Below are positions 10,347 through 19,800 of a stretch of DNA of 64,000 nt, piece by piece. The DNA comes from an uncultured Thermoleophilia bacterium. Its GTDB lineage: Bacteria > Actinomycetota > Thermoleophilia > UBA2241. A model generated the notes under the pieces. That model worked only from the letters and a program-made list of their open reading frames with translations, had not been told where the DNA came from and did not search any database. The stretch's first letter is position 1, and each line of letters opens with the position of its first letter. The position numbers were made by a program, and so were the translations under genes. Where the stretch lies: the NCBI GenBank assembly GCA_963702475.1, contig CAVPCT010000005.1:544001-608000 (forward strand), given 5' to 3'.

Positions 10347-11635
10347 TCACTGCTTCGCGTACGCCGCCAGTGCCCGCTCGATGGTGGCCACCACGGCGTC
10401 CAGCTGCGCCTCGCTGATGACGAGCGGCGGCTGGATGCGCAGCACCGATCCGAAGTTGCCGCCCACGCCGATGAGCACCTTGTTCTCGAGGCAGTACTGG
10501 CGTGTGAAGGCCGCCGCCGCGGTGCCGTAGGCCTTGGTGGCCCGGTCGGCGACCAGCTCGACGCCGACCATGAGGCCGCGGCCGCGCACCTCGCCGATGA
10601 GCGGCTGCGTCTGCTGCAGCTCGCGCAGGGCGGCCATGAGGCGCGCGCCCTTGCGCGGCGCTCTGCCCGGCGAGGTCCTGCTCCTCAGTGGAAGCGGATG
10701 TTGGCGAGGGCCGCGGCGCAGGACACGGGGTTGCCGCCGAAGGTGGAGAGGTGGTCGCCGACCTGGAAGGCGTCGGCGATCTCGGCGGTGGTCGTGAAGG
10801 CGCCCAGCGGCCAGCCGTTGGCGATGCCCTTGGCCTGGCAGATGATGTCGGGCGTGACGCCGTAGTGCTCGATCGCGAACATCCTGCCGGTGCGCCCGTA
10901 GCCCGACTGCACCTCGTCGCAGATGAAGAGCACGCCCTCCTCGTCGAGCCACTCCTTGACCACGCGGAAGTAGTCGTCGGGGGGCACGATGATGCCGCCC
11001 TCGCCGAGGACCGGCTCGGCGATGAAGGCGGCCACATCGCCGGAGAGCGCGAGACGCGCGGTCTCGGCGACGCGGCGCGCGCAGGCCATGCCGCAGCTCT
11101 CGACCTCGAGGTTCAGGGGGCAGCGGTAGCAGTAGGGCGTGGGGGCGAAGGCGACGCCGGGCATGTAGGGGCCGCCGCCCTTCTTGCGCCCCGAGTTGCC
11201 GGTCAGCGAGAGAGTCGCGTAGGTGCGCCCGTGGAAGCTCGACTCGAGGGCCACGAACTCGCGCCTGCCGGAGTAGCGCTTGGCGAGCCGCAGGGCGCCC
11301 TCGATGGCCTCGGCCCCGGAGTTGGCGAAGAAGGTCTTCTGCAGGCGCCCGGGGGTGATCTCGGCGAGCTTCTCGGCGAGGTCGGCGGCCGACTCCACGT
11401 GGTAGACGTAAGTACAGGCGTGCACGAGCTTCTCGGCCTGCGCCTTGGCGGCCGCGATGACGGCGCGGTTGCCGTGGCCGGCGTTGGTCACGCTGATGCC
11501 GGCGAAGCAGTCGATGTACTCATCGCCGCCGGCGTCGTAGAGCAGGGCGCCCTCGCCGTGGTCGGCGACGATGGGCTCGATGCGTTTCACGAACCCGCTG
11601 ATGATGTAGTCACGGTATTTCTGTTCCACACCCAT
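10347..11635 (-). CDS. Class III PLP aminotransferase (GabT/putrescine aminotransferase-like; apparent frameshifts near 10655-10690)
   Basis: NSGAEAIEGALRLA, FHGRT, AEPVLGEGG, DEVQSGYGRTG, AKGIANG, STFGGNP, VRGRGLMVG, LRIQPPL. Confidence 0.9.
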
Positions 11636-11791
11636 GCTATCGACCACCCTTCGGCGACCACGCGCGTAGACAACGGACAAATGGGGTGCTGCCGAAGCCT
11701 ATCAGACAGGCGGGAAGGCGAAGCCGTGACGGACGTCCGACGCGACAGCGTGGAGCAGGACAGACGGGCCACCGGGCAGACCCGCCGGCGC

Positions 11792-13649
11792 TCAGACCTC
11801 GTCGACGCGGCCGGCCGCGCGCCGCCGCAGCAGCCACCACACCAGCACGCCGGCGACCACCACGACGGCGATCGAGACGCCGGCGATGGTCTCCGTGCTC
11901 CCGCCGCCGCCCTGCGCCGTCTCGGGGGCGGCCTTCGGCCCGACGCTGAGGTAGCTCTGGATCATCCCGTTGTAGAACACGGGGCCGTCCTCGTCGTAGT
12001 ACGGCGTCCAGCCCTCCCACTTCCGCGTGTTCACTGCCTGCAGGTAGTCGAAGTACGTGAGCACGTTCTGCGGGTTCTCGGCGTACATGACCTCCTGCAT
12101 GCGCCAGATCTGCTCGGCGCGTCTCTGCGGGTCGAGCTCCCGCCCCTGCTGCTCGCAGAGCTCGTCGTACTCGGCGTTGGACCAGTAGACCTCGTTCCAC
12201 CACCCGATCTGGCTGGTCGTGAAGCACTGCAGCGTCGAGCCGGGGTCGTAGTAGCCGTCCCAGAACCAGAGGATCATGTCGTAGTCCGGCGCCGGTGAGT
12301 CGCCCTTCCAGGCGTACATCGCGTCGCTGGCGACGCCGTTGTCCACGACCTCGAACGTGATCTTGAGGCCGATGCTCTCGAACCAGCCGGCGAGGAGCTT
12401 GCCCTCGCCCTGGGTCGAGGTGGACTCGGCCAGCGCCCACAGGCGCAGGGAGATGGGCTTGCCCTGCTTGTCCTCGCGCACGCCGTCGCCGTCGGTGTCC
12501 TTGTACCCGGCGGCGTCCAGCAACTGCTTGGCCTTCTCGGGGTCGAACGACCGCTGCACGCCCTCGGGCGGCTCCCAGTGGAAGTCCGGGTCACGCCAGG
12601 TGTCCGAGGTGATCATCGAGTAGCCGGCCTTGGCGCGACCGTTGTAGACGAGCTGGATGATGCGCTCGCGGTCGATGGCGTGGTCGAGCGCCACCCGGAA
12701 CGCCGGGTCGCGCAGCACGGGGTTCCCCCCGAGTCCGGGCCCTCGTAGCAGTTGAAGTCGACGTAGTCCCAGTTGATGTAGTTGTAGGCGATGGCCTTGA
12801 TGCCCGGGGCGCCCTGCAGGCCGGAGAACTGCGCAGAGGGCACGCCCTGGGCCGCGTCGATGGCGCCCGTGCGCAGGTCCTGCGCCATCGTGTCGGGGTT
12901 GGTGTACGCCTGGAAGATGATCTCGTCGACCTTGGGAGCGCCCCAGCCGGGCACGTCGTTGCCCCAGTAGTCCGGGTTGCGCACAAGCTTGGTGTAGTCG
13001 CCGCGCTTGTAGTACGTGATCTGGAAGGGGCCGCTGCCGACAATGGGCGTCTCGTTGGCGCTACTGCGCTCCAGCGCGGTCGGCTTGATCTTGCCCCACA
13101 CATGCTCGGGCAGGACGTACACGATCACGTAGAGCATGTCGGCCTTGGGAGACGACATGGTGAACCGCACGGTGGTGTCGTCGACCGCCTCGACGCGCTC
13201 GATGTCCTTGACCGCCTGCAGGTACGAGGTGAGCTCGTTGTCGATGATCAGGTTGTAGGTGAACGCCACATCCGCGGCGGTGAGGGGCTCACCGTCCTGC
13301 CACTTCACTCCCGGGCGCAGGTGGACCGTCCAGGTGAGGCCATCGGCCGAGATGCCGCCGTTCTCCTGCGTGGGCAGTTCGGTGGCGAGCTGCGGGATGG
13401 GCTTGCCCTCGAGGCCGAACCCGAAGAGCCGGTCGTACGTGAGGTACAGCACCTCTGCCGTGGCCGTCTCGACCCCGGTGAACGGGCTCAGGTTGTCGGG
13501 GTCAGCGGTCCAGCCGATGCGCAGCGTGACCTTGTCCGCGGGCAGACGCGGCCGGCGACGACGCACGCGACGTGGCGACGGCCGCGCACAGGCAGGCCGG
13601 TGACGGCCAGGACGGCCAGGGTGAGCATGGTCGCGGCGCGTGTGGTCAT
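11792..13649 (-). CDS. ABC family 5 (peptide/nickel-type) substrate-binding protein with C-terminal membrane anchor (apparent frameshifts near 12725 and 13550)
   Basis: DPDNLSPF, SADGLTWTVHLRPGVKWQDGEPLTAADVAFT, VGSGPF, DPAFRVALDHAIDRE, AKQLLDAAGYKDTDGDG; C-terminal hydrophobic helix + RRR. Confidence 0.87.
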
Positions 13650-13702
13650 CGTGTCCCCCCGGACGACGTTGCCCGGCGCGGGCCAAGGCGATCGCGCCGG
13701 CA

Positions 13703-13714
13703 CAAAACGATTTG
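13703..13714. promoter_or_regulatory. LacI-type operator CAAAACGATTTG (copy 1)
   Basis: Imperfect palindrome with central CG between the divergent SBP and LacI genes; identical copy at 16522-16533. Confidence 0.7.
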
Positions 13715-13790
13715 GGCACGCTCGTAACGATGCTATACACTCCACCCGTCCGCGGCAATCCCGTCCGCCGCGATCCCGTCCGCCGGAGCC

Positions 13791-14795
13791 GTGCCCAGGA
13801 ACGTCACCATCAGCGACGTCGCCCGCCTGGCGGGCGTGTCCACCACCACGGTGTGTCACGCCCTCGGAGGGCAGCGACCGGTGTCCCCGGCCACGCGCGA
13901 GAAGGTGCTTCACGCCGCGCACCGGCTGGGATACCGGCCGCACCCCGGCGCGCGCAGCCTCAAGGCGGCAGCCACCGGGGTGCTGGCGTTGTGCGTCACC
14001 AACGTCACGGGCGGCCCCCTGCCGCTCGCCGACATGGAGTACTACGTGCGCGTGATCAACGCGGCCACCCAGGCCGCGGTCGAGGAGCGGCTGGCGCTCG
14101 TGGTGGTGCCCGAGAGCGACGCCGAGCTGTACTGGGACCGTCTGCTGCTCGACGGCGCCATCGTGGTCGACCCAGTCTGCGGGGACCCCGCCGTGCGTGC
14201 GCTCGAGACCCGCGGCCTGCCGTACGTCACCGTCGGGCGCCGGCCCGACGCGCCAGACGAGGGCTATTGGGTGGACAACGACGCGGGCGCGGCGACCAGG
14301 CTTTGCCTCGACCATCTGGCCTCACGCGGAGCGACGGACATCGCAGCCGTGACATGGATGACCACCGACCACTGGACGCACGAGTGCGTACGCACCTACC
14401 ACGAGTGGTGCCGCGAGCAGCGCCGCCGCATCCGCGTGCAGGTCGTCGCGCGCGACGACGATGAAGCCCTCCGCGGCGCAGCCGAACGTCTGCTGACCGC
14501 GGACCGGCGGCCGGACGCCATCTGGTGCCTCGCCGAGCTGCCCGCCCTGTGGGTCCTGCGTGTGGCCGCGGAGCGCGGCGTGCGCGTGCCCGAGGACCTC
14601 ATGGTGACGGGGACCACCGACTTCGGCCTCGGCGCCACCAGCGAGCCGCCGCTCACATCGCTCGACTATCGAGCCGCCGAGCTCGGCCGCGAGGCGGCGC
14701 GGCTGCTCATCGGTCTGGTGCGCGGCAGCCCGCCGGCCGTGCCGCGTCTGGTCGTCCCGGCCACGCTCATCGAACGGCGCTCGACGGCGCGCTAG
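13791..14795 (+). CDS. LacI family transcriptional regulator
   Basis: N-terminal HTH VTISDVARLAGVSTTTV, GYRPHPGARSL, VPEDLMVTG, PPLTSL, LIERRST. Confidence 0.93.
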   Translation: MPRNVTISDVARLAGVSTTTVCHALGGQRPVSPATREKVLHAAHRLGYRPHPGARSLKAAATGVLALCVTNVTGGPLPLADMEYYVRVINAATQAAVEERLALVVVPESDAELYWDRLLLDGAIVVDPVCGDPAVRALETRGLPYVTVGRRPDAPDEGYWVDNDAGAATRLCLDHLASRGATDIAAVTWMTTDHWTHECVRTYHEWCREQRRRIRVQVVARDDDEALRGAAERLLTADRRPDAIWCLAELPALWVLRVAAERGVRVPEDLMVTGTTDFGLGATSEPPLTSLDYRAAELGREAARLLIGLVRGSPPAVPRLVVPATLIERRSTAR

Positions 14796-14855
14796 ATCCG
14801 CCCCCGGCGCGCCCTGGCGCGGCGCGACCGCCACCCCGGCCCGCGGGCTCGGCCG

Positions 14856-16505
14856 CTACACCAGGCCACGGTACTCCGCAGCCGCGTACACCGCGGCGCC
14901 GCGGAAGAGGGTCAGACGCACCTCCGCCTCGTGGATGCGCTCGGGGGGCAGCCGCAGGATGTCCTCACTGAGCACCACCACGTCGGCCGACTTGCCCGGC
15001 GTCAGAGTGCCGGTCTCGTTCTCGAGGAAGTTGGCCCTGGCGCCGTTGACAGTGAAGGCGGCGACGAGCTCCGGCACGCTCGCCGCCTCCTCGGGCCAGA
15101 GCTGCGAGCTGGTCTCCGGCGCCAGCGGGTCGTAGCGCAGGGCGCCACGCTGGATGGCGAGCAGCGGGTCGGGCGGGGGCGACACAGGGTAGTCGCTCGC
15201 CCCCGCCACGAGCACGCCGTGGCGCAGCAGGCTCCCAAGGGGATACTGGCACGCGGCGCGGCGCTCACCCAGCAGCGGCCGATACAGCTGCGCATCGTAG
15301 GATGCGTCCTTGGCGAACCAGTACGGCTGCACGGCGGCCGTCACGCCGAGCGCGGCCATGCGCGCGTAGTCGGCGGGGTCCACGAGCTGCAGGTGGGTGA
15401 GGATGTCGCGGGCATCGTGTTCCCAACCGCGCGGGCGGACGGCGGCCACGGCGTCGAGACTCATCGAGACGGCGGCGTCTCCGATGGAGTGATAGTGCAG
15501 CTGGAAGCCGGCGGCCGCGGCGGCCGCGGAGACCTTCACGAGCTCCTCCGGCGCCCACAACGGCACGCCCCGGTCACCGGGGCGATCGACGTACGGCTCC
15601 TTCAGATAACCGGTGTGAGACTCGATCACGCCGTCCGCGAACAGCTTGACGGCGGCGGTGCGCACCAGCGGGCCCGTGTCGCGGGCCCGCTCCTCCACCG
15701 CCGCCTCCACCAGCTCCGCCGCCGGCCGGAGCGGGTCGAACTCGACCGAGAGACAGTACCGCGCCGTCAACTCGCCGGCCTCCTCCAGCGTGCGGTAGAC
15801 GCCGAACATCGCCTCGCCGGGCACAAGTCCGGCTTCGTGGAGCAGCGTGAGCCCGTACCGGGCCGCGACCTCGTCCTGGAAGCGCCGCAAGGCCGCAGCG
15901 ATGGCGGCGGCGTCGTACTGCGGCAGCGCCGCCTCCACCCACGGCCAGGCCTCGCGGAGCACACCTGAAGGCGCGCCGTCGGCGAGCCGCTCCACGACCG
16001 CCCCCTCCCAGCCAGGCTCGTCTGCACCGAGACCCAGCAGCCGAAGCGTCGCGCCGTTCACCCACTGCGTGTGCTGGCTGTCGTCGAACAGCGAGACGGG
16101 GCGGTCGGGCACCACGGCGTCGAGCACGGCCGCGGTCATGTCCGCCTCGCTGACCTGGGTCGGATACCACCCGTACCCGCGGACCACCGGGAGCTCCGGG
16201 TGCGCCGACGCGAAGCGCGCCACGGCACCGGCGCAGGCCGTGACCGACAGGCACCCCGAGAGATCCACCTCGTAGGCTGCACAGGTGCAGTACTTGGGGT
16301 GCAGGTGCGCATCGCAGAAGCCGGGCAGCACCAGGCGGCCGCCCAGGTCGACGACCGTCGTGCCGGCGTCGCGCAGCCTGCCCACCTCGTCCCGCGTCCC
16401 GACCGCCGCGATCCTGCCCCGCGTCACCGCGACGGCCTCGCACTCCGGCAGCGCCGGATCCTGCGTGCACACCCGGCCGTTCGTGAGGATCAGGTCGACG
16501 CCCAA
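14856..16505 (-). CDS. Amidohydrolase (YtcJ-like, Amidohydro_3)
   Basis: DLGGRLVLPGFCDAHLH, VKLFADG, HSIGDAAV, ASDYPV, GTLTPGKSADVVVL; TTG start at 16505 with GGAGG SD. Confidence 0.9.
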   Translation of the reverse strand: MGVDLILTNGRVCTQDPALPECEAVAVTRGRIAAVGTRDEVGRLRDAGTTVVDLGGRLVLPGFCDAHLHPKYCTCAAYEVDLSGCLSVTACAGAVARFASAHPELPVVRGYGWYPTQVSEADMTAAVLDAVVPDRPVSLFDDSQHTQWVNGATLRLLGLGADEPGWEGAVVERLADGAPSGVLREAWPWVEAALPQYDAAAIAAALRRFQDEVAARYGLTLLHEAGLVPGEAMFGVYRTLEEAGELTARYCLSVEFDPLRPAAELVEAAVEERARDTGPLVRTAAVKLFADGVIESHTGYLKEPYVDRPGDRGVPLWAPEELVKVSAAAAAAGFQLHYHSIGDAAVSMSLDAVAAVRPRGWEHDARDILTHLQLVDPADYARMAALGVTAAVQPYWFAKDASYDAQLYRPLLGERRAACQYPLGSLLRHGVLVAGASDYPVSPPPDPLLAIQRGALRYDPLAPETSSQLWPEEAASVPELVAAFTVNGARANFLENETGTLTPGKSADVVVLSEDILRLPPERIHEAEVRLTLFRGAAVYAAAEYRGLV

Positions 16506-16521
16506 GGAGCAACCTCCCGCA

Positions 16522-16533
16522 CAAATCGTTTTG
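16522..16533. promoter_or_regulatory. LacI-type operator (copy 2, reverse complement CAAATCGTTTTG)
   Basis: Exact reverse complement of 13703-13714, just upstream of the amidohydrolase SD. Confidence 0.7.
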
Positions 16534-16772
16534 CCTACTGCGGCAGACCCTACCATGACCCGCCGGTATGTACTCTGAAGCCGTCGTGTCTTGGCTATTC
16601 CGTCCACCCATGCCCGCCGCAGCGCCTCGCCGGCCATCGCGCCGAGACGCCTCCGGCGGTCGATCCGGCTCTCAACACCGGTCCCATCCCGGCCTTCAGC
16701 CCCCGTTCGTTGGCCGCCGTGGCCCGGTCGCGCCGTCCGGTTTGTCCTGACCGGCGCATTTCGATTGACGGC

Positions 16773-16805
16773 GTGTGGACGCGTGCACAAGCGGGCGTCT
16801 ATACT
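16773..16805 (+). promoter_or_regulatory. Rex-like operator overlapping the hdrA operon promoter
   Basis: TGTGGACGCGTGCACA (16774-16789) resembles the Rex consensus TTGTGAA-N4-TTCACAA; -10 TATACT at 16800-16805. Confidence 0.6.
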
Positions 16806-16882
16806 TGCGGGACCAAAGCGGGCTTTCGTCTGTTGCTGCCCACTTTTCTGTCGGACCTGCCGCGTATCGCAAAGGAGTGCGT

Positions 16883-19800
16883 ATGTCGGGTTCACCACCC
16901 AAGTCCACCGGAGCTGCGCTCGTCGTGGGGGGCGGCGTCGCGGGCATCCAGTGTTCGCTTGACCTCGCCGAAGGTGGATACAAGGTCTATCTCGTCGAGA
17001 AAGCCCCCGCCCTGGGCGGCCACATGGCCCAGCTCGACAAGACCTTCCCCACCAATGACTGTGCCATGTGCACCCTGTCTCCCAAGCTCGTCGAGGCAGG
17101 TCGTCACCTCAACATCGACGTGGTCACGAACTCCGAGCTCATCGGCCTCGAGGGCGAGCCCGGCAACTTCACCGCGAAGGTCTTCCACCGCGCGCGCTTC
17201 GTCGACCCTGACAAGTGCACGAGTTGCGGCGAGTGCGCGCCGAAGTGCCCGGTGAAGGTGCCCGACAGCTACAACGAGGACCTCAACGAGCGCAAGGCCA
17301 TCTACAAGCTCTACCCGCAGGCCATCCCCAACACCTACGCCGTCACCAAGAAGGGGCATAGCCCCTGCAAGCGTGCATGCGCCGTGCACACGAGCGCGCA
17401 GGGCTACGTCGCGCTCATCGCCGACGAGCGCTTCGCCGAGGCGTACACGGTGGCCAGCGAACCCAACCCCTTCCCCGCCGTCTGCGGGCGCGTCTGCACG
17501 CACAAGTGCGAGACCGACTGCACGCGCGGGCAGATCGAGGCGCCCATCGCCATCGCCGGCCTCAAGCGTTTCGTGAGCGACTACGCCTACGACAACGTGC
17601 CGCTGCCCGACAAGGTCGAGGTCACGTTCAAGGAGAAGGTCGCCGTCGTCGGCGCCGGCCCCAGCGGCCTCACCGCCGCCCGCGACCTGGCGCTGCTCGG
17701 CTACGCCGTCACCGTGCTCGAGAGCAAGCCCGAGCCCGGCGGCATGCTGCGCTTCGGCATCCCCGAGTACCGCCTCCCCAAGGCCGCCCTGCAGCAGGAC
17801 ATCGACCGCGTCACCGCGCTTGGCGTCGACCTGCAGTGCGGCAAGACCGCCGGCGTGGACTTCACGGTCGACGGCCTCATGAAGAAGGACGGCGGCGGCT
17901 ACAAGGCCGTGTACCTCGCCGTCGGCCTCCAGGGCGGCCGCACGCTGCCCGTCCCCGGCGCGGACGCCAAGGGCGTCTTCGACGCGGTCGGCCTGCTCAA
18001 GGCCGCCACGCTGGGCGAGAGCGTCGACATGGGCAAGAACGTCGTCGTCATCGGCGGCGGCGACGTGGCCTTCGACGCCGGCCGCACGGCTCTGCGTCTG
18101 GGCGCCGAGAAGGTCACCATCAACTGCATCGAGGACGACCAGAGCGTGCCGGCGTCCGACGACGAGCTCACGGAGGGCCTGGACGAGGGCATCGCCTTCA
18201 ACTGTTCCTGCATGCCCTCGCAGATCATCACCGACGCCGACGGCCGCGCCTGCAAGGTCGAGTTCCTGGCCTGCTCGCTGGGCGAGCCCGACGCGCGCGG
18301 CTGGCGCCCGCCGGTGGCCATCACCGGCTCCGAGCACGAGCTGGACTGCGACACAGTCATCTTCGCCATCGGCCAGAGCATGGTCGAGGACTTCGTCGAG
18401 GGCGCCAAGGAGCTCAAGGTCGAGCGCGGCCAGATCCTCACCGACAAGGCCACCCTCGGCACCGGCGAGAAGGGCGTGTTCGCCGGCGGCGACTGCGCGG
18501 CTTCCGGCCCGTGGACGGCCATCGAGGCCGTCGCCGCGGGCCGCCGCGCCGCGCGCAGCATCCACAACTTCCTGCGCGGCGAGGACCTGCTCCCCCTCGA
18601 CGACTCCATGCTGGACGAGGCCAAGCCCGAGGACGCCATCCTCGAGCAGACCGCCGTCATGGCCCGCATGCAGATGCCGCACCTCCCCGGCGCCGCCCGT
18701 AAGATCACCTGGGACGAGGTCAACACCGGCTTCACCACCGAGCAGGCCGTCGCCGAGGCCAAGCGCTGCCTCGACTGCGCCATCTGCTCCGAGTGCATGG
18801 AGTGCGTCCGCGCCTGCGGCCCGGGCGCCCTGCTCCACGACGAGCGTGACGCCGAGTACACCTACGACGTCGGCGCCGTGGTCATGGCCACCGGCTACGA
18901 CCTCTACGACCCCGGTGAGAACAGCGAGTACGGCTACCGCCGCTACCCCAACATCTTCTCGTCACTCGAGTACGAGCGCATGCTGAGCGCCAGCGGCCCC
19001 ACCATCGGCGCCGTCAAGCGCCCGAGCGACGGCGCGCACCCCAAGAAGATCGCCTTCATCCAGTGCGTCGGCTCGCGCGACCAGGAGCACGAGTACTGCT
19101 CGAGCGTGTGCTGCACCTACGCCAACAAGCAGGCCATGCTCACCATCGACCACGAGCCGGACTGCGAACCCACCGTGTTCCTCATGGACATGCGCGCCCA
19201 GGGCAAGGGCTTCGACGCCTTCTACCAGCGCGCCCTCGACAAGGGCGTCAAGTTCGTGCGCTCGCGCCCGTCCTACATCAAGGAAGACCCGCTCACCAAC
19301 GACCTGCTGATCAGCTGGGAGGACGAGGGCGGCACGCTGCACGAGACGCGGTACGACCTCGTCGTGCTGTCGGCCGGCCTGGAGCCTGCGCGCAAGGCGC
19401 AGGAGGCGGCCGGCCACGTGGGCGTGGCCCTCAACCGCCACGGCTTCTGCCAGCTGCACGAGTTCAACCCGCTCGAGACCAGCCGCAAGGGCGTGTTCGT
19501 GGTGGGCCCGTTCGGCGAGCCCAAGGACATCCCCGACAGCGTGGCCAACGCCTCGGCCGCCGCGGCCCAGGTCATGACCGGCCTCGCCGACTCGCGCGGC
19601 ACGCTCACCGTGGACAAGGAGTACCCGGCCGAGAAGAACGTGGTCGGCGAAGAGCCGCGCGTGGGCGTCTTCGTGTGCCACTGCGGCAGCAACATCGCCG
19701 GCGTCATCGGCGTGGAGAGCGTGGCCGAGTACGCCGGCACGCTCCCCGGCGTGGAGTTCTCCACCGACACCATCTACACGTGCTCCTCGGACAGCCTCTC

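Noticed and set aside
10685-10687. TGA in the aminotransferase as possible selenocysteine
   Set aside because: The frame after the TGA is not coding-like; homology continues in shifted frames, so it is an indel
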